DNA of 58,034 nucleotides, the filler included, from Bipalium vagum (taxonomy: Eukaryota), in NCBI GenBank assembly GCA_037834085.1. It is 3 parts of 3 records of this genome, joined end to end, with 100 filler letters (N's around TTAATTAATTAA, not from the genome) between each part and the next. Parts side by side here need not be neighbours in the genome. Positions count along the whole stretch, not along the records: positions 17,938 to 34,630 come from JBBMKC010098065.1; positions 34,731 to 58,034 come from JBBMKC010210928.1; 1 more part is not named here. One strand, written 5' to 3'. Below are positions 22,950-36,066 of the stretch, piece after piece (the first letter of the stretch is position 1; every line of letters starts with the position of its first letter). The notes under the pieces were generated by a model. That model was given only the letters and a program-made list of their open reading frames with translations. It was not told the origin of the DNA and did not search any database. A program made the position numbers and the translations under genes.

Positions 22950-23560
22950 ATATTACTGGATGGTAGATCGAGGACACTGGTGTATCGGTCTCCATCGTAG
23001 GAAAATTTTATGCTAATATTTACATGATTTATTTAAAGAACAACCGGATTTTACTTGGATGTCAGAGACCAATCGTTCAAATCGATGAATAATTATTTAG
23101 GTACATTATTATTTTTTCTTTTTAAAAATTTATTAATGAAATTATATTTTAGATACAAGCCTAAATATCATAAAGGGCGTTACCTTGAAAATGAATTATG
23201 GGTCTTTGATATTGTGGATGATTATTGGGAAATTGCATTTAAAATTAGTCCATGATAAAAGTTCTAAAATTCTATTACGCATTATAGAGTATTCAACACG
23301 GTCTACTGTAATGAGTGATGAATGAATTTTTTTTGGACAAAGACAAAAATTTTGATCATTTTACAGTGAATCACAATTTGTATTTTTGTAATACTGAGAT
23401 CGTCTTGAACACCAACGAATTGAATCCTCTTCGGCAGAACTGAAGCTGAAGATCAAGCGAATTAAAGAGATTTATAGGACTGTTCTCACTTCTTATCCGA
23501 ATGGATATGGAGATAGAACATCCAGTAAGAAAATTCTAAGTTAATTTTATTTTACTAAAA
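22950..23560 (+). mobile_element. Decayed Merlin (IS1016/ISXO2-like) transposase with a 52-nt intron
   Basis: VQIDE*LF|RYKPKYHKGRYLENELWVFDIVD, DKSSKILLRII, VMSDE*, HFTVNHNLYF and QRIESSSAELKLKIKRIK are the Merlin DDE motifs in order. A GT-AG segment at 23101-23152 splices in frame. Confidence 0.8.
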
Positions 23561-23879
23561 CAAAAGAAAATTTTTAAAATCTTACGTTATGGTATTGATA
23601 TTTACTATTATTGTTGATATTTAAGTTAGTACCATAAAGTAAATTTAAATAAGAGTTTATTTATTCAGCTTAGTTATTAAAAAATTCATGGATGTGAAAA
23701 AACATGATTAATTAACAAGAATGACCCCAAATTTTCATTTCTAAACACTAATTTATATTGATTTGATATGTGAAATAGAAAAGTTTAGTGTAAAAGATAA
23801 CTTTTGTTTAAAATTGGCGACATAATTAAAGAAACAGTTTTTGAATTCTATTATTATTGCCTTAAAATCAGTAGGAAAA

Positions 23880-24230
23880 ATTTTAAAAAATTTCAGAAAT
23901 ATCGAGATGCATTTACGATCAAAAAATTTTTAAAAATAAATGAGGTCCAAAGTTTAAGTTTCGAATAAAACGGAAAGTGGCACAATATAAAGAACCCGAC
24001 GAAAAAATAAATGCTTCAAAAATCAAGAAATCATAAAATGTACGTATTTTTACCACAAGCATACAAAGATATTTCAAGCCTGAAGGATACAGATATTGTA
24101 GAGCGAAGTCCCAAATAATATTGCTTAAAAACCACAAGGAAGCAAGATGTAAAATGTAATATTCAGTCCATATTAGAAAAAATATAAATCAGATGAAATC
24201 ACCCTTGACAACGTATTTGAAGTTTGGATT
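23880..24230 (+). mobile_element. Tc1-like transposase remnant
   Basis: KINASKIKKS*NVRIFTTSIQRYFKPEGYRYCRAKSQIILLKNHKEAR...SDE resembles the Tc1 second HTH and linker region. Confidence 0.55.
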
Positions 24231-25399
24231 TGTTACTTGATTAGATGTTTCCACATAAGAATGTCGTTCTAATGTCATTATGAAATCTGTCTGGAATTTT
24301 CGATTGGTTTTGTCATTTTTTCTGGCATTATTTTTGTTGAAAACTTTATTTAGTTTTTTTTGATTTTTAAAATATTTTTACTTTCATTTATCGGTTAATT
24401 TTTTTATTTAACAATTTCTGTCGCAAGTTTTAAATTTAATTAGTGTTTATCAATATATTATGGCAGTGTTGCAATTGGGTGTACCAGTCTTGCATTTGAT
24501 TAAGTAATTTCTCATTTGATAAAGTCAGAATCGCAATCAATTAAGTCACTACTGTATCTGATATAGTCAGCATTTTTTTGTAAAAATTTTTCTTTTGGAA
24601 ATTTATTTTAAAATCTGTTAGGAAGTGAAATTTTTAGTCCTGAGAACTATGCAGAACAATCAAATGAAGTACAAGATGAGCAGACAGGATATTCTACACA
24701 GAAAATCAAAATAATAACTAAATCTTAAATTTAGTTGAGATTAGTCTATTTTTGATGATATATTAGAAAGAATGAAATCGCTGGAATTCTTGGGATTGCA
24801 AAAACTATAATTTTATATATTAGAAACTATAATATTATAGTTACAAGGTTCTTGTCTACTGGTCAAGGAAAGATAAATGAAATAGAAGGAAATCATCGTG
24901 ATAAATTGTCTATTCAACAAGAATTGTTTCATACTTTTGACGTTTCAAATAATATTGATTAGCGTGCTAATTGGTTTTTTGGCGAAGTGACTTATTATTT
25001 TATTACTGTCATTTAGTGAAAAAACAATACAGTTTACTTTGATTCATTCATATCACATTATGTTAAAACCATAAGTGAAGGGTTAACAATGCTTTGAGCT
25101 TAAGGCTATGATCATAACATAATTGAAGTGATAAAATTTTTTTGTTCTTATGATTTGTTTTTCATCACGAACGTTACATACGCTTATCGTTTACAGTAAG
25201 CATTTTGGCTATATTTGTGAAATATAGAAAAAATAACCAAATATATATCGTTTTAAATTTTCGTTTGTTTAGTTACTCATTTAATTGGGCCGCTCCATGT
25301 GTTATCAGAATGTTTTAACTATTAATTGGTGGCAATTTAAAAATTGTTTAGTATTTTTAATTTATTTTATAATTATAATTATTTTGTTTTGAGCATAAG

Positions 25400-26430
25400 A
25401 AGTCGAAGGAATGCAAAAAGCATAATTCGATTTTTATGGAAATTAAATAACAATCGTAAGTCGAGTGTGAGTCATTTTATAGAAGGATTACGTAAACAAC
25501 AGATATAGTGTTATCAAAGGGTAGATAAATACGGGTAAAGAAGAATACTCAAAAAATTCTGATTATTAGCCAGCTACACTAACGAAATCAAGGTTGAACA
25601 ATATAAAGACAATGTGAAAAGTATCTAAATACAAGTGAGAGAAAAGTTTGTTCAAAAGTTAATGGATCAAAGGTAGGTATATACAGAGCAAAGAAGAAAT
25701 TGAATATTATAACTAAGAAAAAAAAATTGATAGATCCAAAAAAATTACTCATCAAAAATTAATATTGATGATGAAACATATTGTCAAATTTATTCAACTT
25801 CTGAAAGAGTTCTATACCACTGTAGATTGAAAGGAAGTAGATCGCGAGTTAAAATTGAAACGAAGACAGAAGTATTCTGATAAATATTTTATCTGACAGA
25901 CCATTTTACAGAATGATGACGTTACTAAACCATTTTCTGAGCAGTAAAACTTTTTCAGGTTCAACACTCGGATCTCTTAAATACTCATTCTGGCCTTATC
26001 AATAGATATCAAAATATGATACTTATTTTTTCGTGATTTTTTCCTATACAGCTTTTATAATTTTGACATTTTAAATGTTTTTAAAATGAAAAAATTTTTC
26101 AATTTTATTGGAAAAAAGCAAAAAACTGGGTTTTGAGGATTTAAGTGCCAAGGGTATGGTGTCACACTATTTAAGTTTAAAAATAGTGGAAAAATAATAT
26201 TTTTTATACCGAAAAATTATCAAAAGATTGGTTTTGTAAAACTGAAAATTTTAATTTTTTGTTTTAAAAAAGTCATTTCCACCAAATGATAATTCGACTA
26301 ATTGAACGTTTCTGGTTTATGCGTAAGATCAAATACAAAGATTCTAATAAGAATCGTGATAATATTATTAAGTTCAGAAATGCATGGAATCAATATTCAC
26401 CTGAAGTTGCTGAGAAAAGAGATAACTTTT
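25400..26430 (+). mobile_element. ITmD37E-like transposase remnant
   Basis: IDDETYC at about 25764-25785 and IRLIERFWFMRKIKY (ORF 26286) resemble the DDETY and RPIExxW motifs. Interrupted by other sequence. Confidence 0.55.
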
Positions 26431-28299
26431 TTAATGATAAAATTGTATTTTATTTTTTAAAAAATTGTGCGTGGATATTTTTTCTAGTTTTCTGTGTATT
26501 TCATATTTTAGGTACAGAGGCTAAGACTTCTCCAATATTATCTTTTTAGGTCAAACTTTCAAGGATCTTAATAATTGATTTAATCCTCATTAGTTTTCAT
26601 AGTTTTAGTTCAATTTTTAAAGGTAAGGTTATTGTTATTTTTAATTTGACAATTTTAACACGGTAATTTGAATAAAATAACAAATATTTTAAAATTATTT
26701 AATTAAACAGCATTTATTAGTGAGCTACACATAATAAAATTATAATAAAGTTAACAGTAATTGAATAGAATCCATTCTGTAGAACGAAACTGTTCTAACA
26801 GTATATATCTTAAGAAATTAACATTAAATAACACAGGATATTTTGATTAAACAATAATCAAGTAATTTTTTTTTCTCAAATTTTTTTAGTCTTCATTTAA
26901 TTTAGGAATTTTTACTGAGGGCCTCTGACACACAAATAGAATTACAATAGAATCTTTTCTCTTTTGATTCTGCTCATAATTATTGTAGTTTCAAGTTATG
27001 AAATCAAAAATTTTTTATAAAGGTCCATTATTAATAAAGAAGGCTTCTTACTAAATTACTTTCAAAAATTTAAAATCTTTGTGATAGATTACCGCCATGT
27101 AATTTAACATATATTTGTGAAACAAATAAACAAAATTAAATAAGACTACTCAAATTGTGAACAGGGTGAGATCTAAATTAAATTAAGGAATAATGCATAA
27201 CGAGCATAAGAAACAAAATCGAATTTAATTTAAAAATGAGAATCAAAGATCGATCGTATAGGTTGTAAATTTCTAAATGATTGACGAAGAATTGGTATGG
27301 GTATTGAAAAGAATAAAAATTTACAGTCACTAATATCATATCCCATTTAATATAGTTAATTTAATCGTTATTATTTTGGATTTATTTTCATTTTAACCTA
27401 AGAAATTTGGATTTATGTCTCTTGTTTCTCATCAAAAACATCTGTTTTGTGAACACTAAATTTAGCTCAAATTCCATCAAATCTTTACTCACAACTTTAT
27501 AATTGACAAAAAAATTATTTTATTCTATGTTCATACATCATGATGAAAACGACAAGACTGACAATATCTAAATTTTAACGGATGAAAAATACTATAGACC
27601 TTCCTAAACTAGTAATGGACTCCTCATTTTATATTGTGATTATCGACATTAATTATCGATTCTTACAATATTGTATTCGTGTTTTAAATCATAGTAGGTA
27701 CAACTAATGTGTAGGTTGAGGAATAATTTTTGCCTACTTTTTACACAAAAAACAATATTTGACAGATGTCTGCCACTGTTTATGTTGCACGAATTGATCG
27801 TAAAACGGAAGGGAATTCTATTGACATTATTAAACATTGTAATAAGTATAGTAGAATTAACAAATATTAAGTCAATTTTATTAAATATCTGATTGAATAA
27901 ACAATAAAATCAAATAGTGAGGAGTCAGAATATAGGCTGCCCTTAATAATAATGGCAGTACTACAAATATTATTAGAAAAAACATCTTTAAAAAAATTAG
28001 ATTAGATTTATCAGTTATTTATTATTTAATTTATTTTTTCTCGTTTTATATTCGGTTTAATTCCAAAAATAATTTTTAGATATACAATATTATATGGCTT
28101 CTGAAGGATTAGTTTTTTCTTTTTATTTATTAGGCTGGTGCATAAGAAATATTAGTTTAGGCTTTACAGACCGTTAGCGAAACTAAAATTTCTCATAGAA
28201 TAAATTATTAATATATTATCCATCTTTTTTACAATTTATTTAGAAAATAACTATTCCTTTTATATCTAAAATTATATTCCGCTATAATTAATACCATAA

Positions 28300-28790
28300 T
28301 GATAAACGATGGATACCCTATGATAATCATGAAAGATCCTAACAATTAGTTGATAAAGCGAATCCCTCATAAACTTCTCTTTTCATTCAAAGAAGATGTT
28401 GATATCAGTTTGATGTGGTACTTAGGTTATTATTGATTTTTTCCATTTCCCAACTAGTGGAAAATTCACTTCGGTAACCTACTTAGTTTATAATTATAAA
28501 ATGTACACCATGCATTAAGAGAAATAGTTCCCTGCAATGTATAAAAATTGGTCTATTCTGTTTCAAGATAACACCCTGGATATGAACAACGTTCTTCGTC
28601 ATAAACTATATTTTCCAAATTTACAACTAGCTGATTTCCATTTATTTATTAGCATCTCACTCAACTTCTGCAAAGGTAAATTTTTACTAATTAGAAATAC
28701 TTGAAAAATGTTATGGCACAATTTTCATCACCATACAAACCAAAGATTTCTTTAAATCTGGAATTTATGCACTGCTAAGCTGTAGATTTC
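28300..28790 (+). mobile_element. Highly decayed mariner fragment
   Basis: KKMLISV*CGT*VII, ILFQDNT and FFKSGIYALL-like segments. Confidence 0.5.
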
Positions 28791-29599
28791 TGAATTTAAT
28801 TGGTTTCATTGTATATATTAGGAGTACCAATAAGTAATAATTTGAGCTGTTTTGATGAACTTTCAGTTCTAAAAGCTGCTGGTAAAAACAGCTTTAATTA
28901 CCGATTAGTTTTAGAAACAAAATTGACAAAAATAATTAATAAGGGGAGTAACTCCTTTGCTTGCTCATTCGAAGGGCCTTCAAACTCTCTAACTAGTAAA
29001 ATATCGGCTATTACAAATAATCGAGGTGATTATTTTCAGTTTTGATAGAATTGGTAAATACAAAGTCAAGATGAATTTAAATATAATTAGCAAAAACTCT
29101 TGTTGTAATACTTGCATTAATAAATCTTCTATTTAAAACGGTGTTTCACAATTTGAAATAGTAAATTTATTTGAATGAAAATAAATTTCATAAGTTTACT
29201 TGTTAGCTTATTAGTTTCAAGTAGTCCAGTGGTAATTAACGATTTTATTCAATAATGACAAGTTCATACAAGCGGATAGATCTGACAAATGACACCAGCC
29301 TGGGGATTATTCGCGAAGTTGATATAAACAAAAAGCGACCTTTGTTTCTTAAGAAGAAGCACTAAAAAAATATATTCTAAAATTTCGTGCTCGATCTGTT
29401 ACTGATAAATTATAAGTTTACAAAAAAGTCTCAAATTTTTTCCAAAAAATATTTAACCTTAGTTTACCTATTAATATTTATCGATTTAAAAAATATATTT
29501 GTATTCACATATCATTTTGATTTTATAACAGAACTGGGTGTCGAACTATTATAAACAACACAATATCTAAAACAAATATCGTTTCATTCATATTTATTC

Positions 29600-30556
29600 T
29601 GATCTCATAAAAATGTCGCTTTTTGTTATTAAGACTTACATGTAACATTTTTTGTGTATGGAGAGATATGAAATAAATTAGTACTGTCCTAAGTTCAAAT
29701 CTGGTGACACCACTCACAACAAAACCCCGTAGTGGATAGTTATCCGTGTTTGGTGAAGATATCTTGAAAGAATTTTTTTAATCCAATTCGTTAAAAACCC
29801 ACTGAATTTAGTTCTTAAAGGTTCACAACATCTTCATTCTAATTGGTAAAAATTAGAGCTCCTCGAATTGACCTTCATATACGTCGGAAGGTCATGAAAA
29901 TAAACGGATTGAAAATTGCTTTTTTAAGAATACCCATTGAACGATCTGCCTTGAATGAAAAGTAGATCTTACTTGATAACGCAAACAGAAAATAACAATG
30001 GTTATCTACAAAAGAGCATTTCGTTTCTTGTCCTAAAGTACAGCGATTTGGAAAAGTTCATGTTTTCCGTTCTTTGAAACTCCCATGACAGTTTAAATTC
30101 TGACATTTATTAAGCACAATTGAAGAAATTACAGAAAGTTATGGTAACAAAATATATCCTCTTCTTTAATCAATCGAAAAATTTTATTACAAGCGGATAA
30201 CACATAAGCTCATACCTAATGGAAATCAATACAACTATCAACAGCCTTAATGCAATTTAACTATGGCCTCATCTACCATACTCGCCAGATGTCGCACCTT
30301 CTGACTTTCATTTGTTTCGCTCAATGTCACATTTTCTCCGAGAACGGTTCTTTGAAAAAGAAGTCTTCACGAGAAATTCTGAGGTTTTTTGAGTAAAGAC
30401 CTGTAGAATGATATAAAAATTGAAATCAAAAGATAGTCCAGTGTTGGGCTCTTCTCTGTCAAAACGATGGATTTTATTTTTTTTCATAAATTTTGTTTTG
30501 TAAAATTAAAAACTATCTGTTGAAACTGATGAAAAAGCGTCATTTTTATGAAAAAA
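29600..30556 (+). mobile_element. Decayed mariner element with TIRs
   Basis: TIR cores TCATAAAAATGTCGCTTTTT (29605-29624) and AAAAAGCGTCATTTTTATGA (30532-30551). Peptide HLPYSPDVAPSDFHLFRSM. Confidence 0.8.
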
Positions 30557-31239
30557 TATAGTAATAAATAATCTGAAATTCAAAAGGTGGCGTGGAGAAA
30601 GAAATTAAGAAAACTGAAAGTAGACTGCTAAAATAGTTCATAGTAAATGAAACTGAACTATTCATATATAGATCTAGGAGATACCAATGCATAAGGTGAT
30701 AAGATGGAAAAAGATTAATAATCTCAGAATTCATAACAAATTACAGTTTGAGTTAAATATCTCTCACTGTAATTTACCGGCGGGAAAAGAATAATTAAAA
30801 TAATTATATAAATTTTTCAACAAAAAAACATAAAAAACAGTATTAACGAGAATAAACATTTACATTCTGAATAAATTATGAAATTTATTCATTCTTTTCC
30901 ATTACTTTGCATCTGATTACAGTTGTCGCAGCTTATGACCTTTTTCAATAAAATTAGTTAATCATTTAATACATTTATTAAACATATTTTAAATATTTGG
31001 AACATATATTTTATTATTTGTTAATCCTGTAAAGACATGGCTCCAGGGAAAAAAGAATATAATCCTATTAATAAAATACTCAATATTTTTGGGTTCTCAG
31101 AGGGTACACCTAGAGTAAAAGGATTCCAATAGGATCTGTAATAATAATTATTATGTAGAGATTGTACCAAGATGCAGCTTGACGAGGAGCAACCAGAGAC
31201 AAAGAACCATTATTATAAAAATTGTCATTGTGGAAAAGA

Positions 31240-32050
31240 TTCCACTGATTTTGTTTTCCATGGAATTTTTTCTGATTGCACCCTTCAATTTTTACAAAAC
31301 TGCTACGCAATAAGTTAATGTAACTCTGTCAACAAGGATAACTCCTTAAACGTGCCAAAAACGGTTATAACATTTTTATCTGACCTATGAGATTTGAATT
31401 TAGCGAACAATATATTTCCATTCAGTAACTACAGTTTTGATTGTAATTTTGATTCAAGATCATTTTGATAGATCCAAGTCTCATCTGCAGTTAGGCTTTT
31501 CTGAAAAAAATTCCTGCATCCATTCGAATTCTGTTCAAAAACGGTATGGCGGCTTCAGCGCTTTGAATCATATGATCCTGGTGCAACTACTTTGACACCC
31601 ACCGTGTTGAAAGCTTTGATAATCCAAGTATTACACGAGACATGACCTGATCCATGAGAGACCTTCAAATACATAGCTCCCACAATGACTCAACTTTTCA
31701 TATCATTTGAATATTAGTCAAAATTGACAGGCATTTCAAAGAAAGTACTTCTTATCCTCCCGACCTTCGTTGAAATGCTTAATGTACTCAAATGCGACTC
31801 GAATTTGGATAATCATCCATATAAACTTTTTAAAAATGCATCAATGATTTGTACACTGTTCCTTTCAAGTTTAACCAGAAAATTGATGTTTGTACGAATT
31901 TCAACATGCAAATTTTCAATTGTCGAAAAAGTAGACTTTTTTAACAATACAACTATTATGAAATTCAACACGAAATTTTATAAAAATAAAATGACAACTT
32001 TTTATAAAAGGAAGACTATCTAAAGAATGACTATTACATTCTTGTTATTT
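31240..32050 (-). mobile_element. Decayed mariner element
   Basis: Minus-strand TADETWIY, RSGG*EVL (GRP-like) and WVSK (WVP-like) segments. ORF 31724-32023 is the antisense of this element. Confidence 0.65.
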
Positions 32051-33859
32051 TTTAACCCACCTTCAGAAATCAGGAAATTGATCCAAATACTTGTTTCCTG
32101 TATTTTTTCTTTTTCTTTCCAGTTCCGTGGAACTAGTCGGTTGAAAAATAGTTCTTATCAGAAGGACTCTTCACTTACCTTCGAAGTGAGAGATTATTCT
32201 TAATTTTAATTAAAAGTTATTGTTATGTTTGTAATTTTTATATTATATATACATCTTTTGTAGCAATAAACTGTCTTAGTTATTGTGTTTATCTGTTCAC
32301 TGTATAGGTTAAGCGTAAAAATCGTTTGGAGTTAGATTAAGCTTATAAGACTCGACTCAACACCTGTTATTATTGATATTTAATCATTACTTAGAGACTG
32401 GAAATAATACTTGAAAATTAAAAGATTGTGGAAGGCTACTAAAGAACGCAGAGTCAAAACAAGACTCATCGGCATGTTACAATCATATTTATGTGAATTA
32501 TAATAGAATTATTTACAAATAGTAATCAGTATAAATAATATACAAAAAATTCTTTTGAAATATTCCGGTGACATAAAAATGAATTACCCAGAATTATCTC
32601 GATAACATTAATTTTTTAAAAATTATAATGAATATTTAAAAGGAGTTTCATGAACCTTTTTATAAATGTTATTCTTATTTTATTTCATTTCTTGTTTGCT
32701 TTATTTCAAGGATACCCTAAAGTTAACAGAAAACTTTAGAGATAAGATTATTTGGAAGTGTCTACTATGTTCTTCCAAATACTTTTTTCACTAAAAAAAT
32801 AGTTTGACTAGTAAATTGCAGACCAATAGTAATAGACCAACAATGTCTTTAAAAATATTAGTTTTAATAGTAGCAAAGTAATAAGATATTTAAAACTGAA
32901 TCTAAAATGATTATATAATCAGGTAAAATAAAAACAATAAACAGTATTATATAAATTTTTTAGGTACTATATATCATAAATGGCCCTATTAATAATTATT
33001 GTTAACTTACGAGGATACAATGATACCGGGATCGAATTTATTACAAATAAACCAGATCGTGGGAATAGACCAGAAGAATGAACAACTAAGGCACAAATCA
33101 TGCAAACATATTGAATCAAGAAAAAAATCTATATAAAACGGTTTTAAAAAGAGTTGGAATAAAGAGTTACACTATGAAATTATTAGGTACCTTAGATTGT
33201 GAAGCATCAATATCATAGAAGAAAATAATACACAGGAAAAAAATAAAAATAATGAAATAGTATAGAAAATAGACATTTTGGCAAAAGTTCAAAATTTAAC
33301 CTTAAACTTTTATACTCATCAATCATCACATCGTATAGTGAGGGAGAATAGAATAAACTAAATCAGAATGTTTTGATTTAAAATTATGTATACTATCGTT
33401 ACAATCTTGTTAGCAGACATGTCAAAGGGTAAGTTATTGATTAATAAATAATCAGAAAGAAATTTATTTTAATTTCTTAAAATTTTAGAAAAAAATGATT
33501 TTGACGAATGTATAAATATGTTTTTAATATTAAATTTTGTAGTACATAGAATCTCCTGACCCTTTTTAATAAATGTTATTTTTGCAGTAAACTTTGGAGA
33601 TAAAAATATTATAGACTAAATTATTATTTTCCCAATGATAGAATATTTAAATTAGCTAAATGTTCTATGCATTTTTTCTTCCCAAATATCTGACTTTATT
33701 CATCAAATGGTGATAGCATCTAAATAAAGTTGTTGATTTTTTTGTTAAATTTATACAAAATTACTTAAGTTTAAAAACCTAATTACTTAAAATATTGTTA
33801 AGTTAATTATTTTTGTTGATTTAATTATTTATTTAAAACAAAGTATAAAAAAGCAAGTT

Positions 33860-34955
33860 TAAAAGTATATTTAATTGACATTCCACCACCAAGTTTCGTA
33901 CAATATTTTATATAAAATTAATCCATTTACATGCAATATTAGTAAGATTAGAAGAAAAAGTAGCGCTATGAACAATTTTACAAACTAAGGTATTATTAGA
34001 AGAAGCAACAATGATTCAAATGGAAATAGCAACTTTAATTTATTCAAGTCAGCCATAAAATATCAACAAAATGATAAAAAATCACCCACTAGAGTCTCAA
34101 TATAAAGATAGGAGCCAGAAAAACCATTAGAGATACAGAAAAATAATTAACAATGTATTGAGATTTCAATGGAAACCAATTAAAGAAATCCACTCAAACA
34201 TTGTTGATTCAGGTATAAAGGTTTCAGCAAGGCATGTAGGATAAATGTCAAAAGAGGTAAACATTACTCCTCATCGCCACCGACCATAGAACTACGATGA
34301 TGTAATTATTTTACTTTATGTAAAAAATGATTTCTATAAAACAGTTTAATTTTATACCCCAGGTTTGCTTTTAGAATGAAAGCTGCATATATATTAACAT
34401 TAGTTTGACGTCGATCAAGAAAAAATTATATAAACCAAATTGTATAAACCAAAGAGTTAAAGATTCGGTAATGACCAAATTGTATAAACCAAAGAGTTAA
34501 AGATTCGGTAATGACATGATCCGTTATTTCTGCCAAAAGACTTGGAAAACTTTATATTGCAAATGGTAACATGAATTCGCAGCACTACCCCAACTATTTT
34601 AAAGTGAATTACGGATTATGTATTATATATNNNNNNNNNNNNNNNNNNNNNNNNNNNNNNNNNNNNNNNNNNNNTTAATTAATTAANNNNNNNNNNNNNN
34701 NNNNNNNNNNNNNNNNNNNNNNNNNNNNNNGTAATCGGTCAATTTCACTGATTCTTGAATACATCTAAAATTAAATTACTTTGATTAATATGTAAAATTA
34801 AATATTTTAATTTAAATCAATTTAATTTATAAGATCACATTTGATGCAGATAAGCAAATTTACGTATAATATTTATAAAATAAGCTTTAATTTGTGAAAT
34901 ATAAGCAAAAGTCGTCAAAATTTAGGGGGTGAACTTACTTAATTCGCCTACTGTA
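33860..34955 (+). mobile_element. Decayed Tc1-like element spanning a gap
   Basis: Transposase remnants (GKLYIANGNMNSQHY) and a right TIR AGGGGGTGAACTTACTTAATTCGCCTACTG-TA ending at 34955. Contains a 40-bp tandem duplication at 34434-34513. Confidence 0.65.
34631..34730. other. Assembly gap with artificial six-frame stop linker
   Basis: 44 N + TTAATTAATTAA + 44 N. Confidence 0.95.
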
Positions 34956-35311
34956 GCCGACCCCTTGACTCGACTGACCTTTTCGAAATTTAGCAAACTA
35001 ATTTACCACCGTCTGTTGTGCAGTTACATTGCAGCTTAATATTCCATTAATATTTCGCACGGTCTGTGGTGTTGTGGATCCTCGTAAAATTCATATTTCA
35101 TGATGATTCGAATTTCTGCTTCTTCCATTTTCAAATAATTTGATTATTAAAAGAAATAGTTATTATTAAGAGATTATATTGATTTGTTAAACAGGCGAAA
35201 ATGTAAATTTATAATAAAAATACCGGATGCCAAAATATGAACAAATTGTCAAATAATTTGCTGTTAAAATTGACAGTCTGACCTAAAAATTTCATATTTG
35301 ACAACCCACTA
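34956..35311 (-). mobile_element. Mariner 5' end, truncated by the adjacent Tc1 insertion
   Basis: Minus strand MEEAEIRIIMKYEF...QTVRNING...QQTVVN*FAKFRKG. TIR ATTTCATATTTGACAACCCACTA at 35289-35311. Confidence 0.7.
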
Positions 35312-36066
35312 TAATTATTACAAAGAGTAGTTCGAACAATTAGTTTGAATGATTTTTTTAAATAAGCACCTCACACCTAAATTAACAATTATTACTTATT
35401 TATAATTTGAACTTTTAAAAATTATTAAAATTGTTATAAGTTACAGTTTACCATGGTTATTATATAATTTTAATCATTAAAGTTTAAATGTGAAAATTGT
35501 AAATAAAAATCCCATAATAAATTTTAAATAAATTTTTATAAAGTAAATAGTTTAATTTCAAAATAAGTGAAGTCCATTTTTGAAAGCTTATTTGAATAAT
35601 CGAAGTTACTGAAATATATTATTGTTTTGATCTTATCTTATTATTATATTTTTATAATATTTTCTTTTCTTTTCCTTTGATTAATTAATTAAAAAATGTA
35701 TCAAATTTTATTTTTTTGTTTAATAATATATTTCAATTTACCCTTTAAAATATTGTGTATTGTATAATTACCAAATAAATAGATTTTCATGTATTTTAAA
35801 CAGCAAATAAATATTTCATCTATATTAATAAATAAATTTATATTTGTCTCTCAGATGTTCTTAGCTTCATTTTTGAAAATCAGTTCAGCTGCAGCAATCC
35901 ATAAATAATAAAACAGATTGAGTTTGGTTAAATCAAGAATTGTTCTGACAAATTATATTTGGAATTATAACAAATTATTTATTGTTAATCAATTTTGGTG
36001 TAGGCTTATGTAACAGTAAGTATTTCTGAATTTTCGTATTTTATCATTTGGTATGAACAACTCAAA

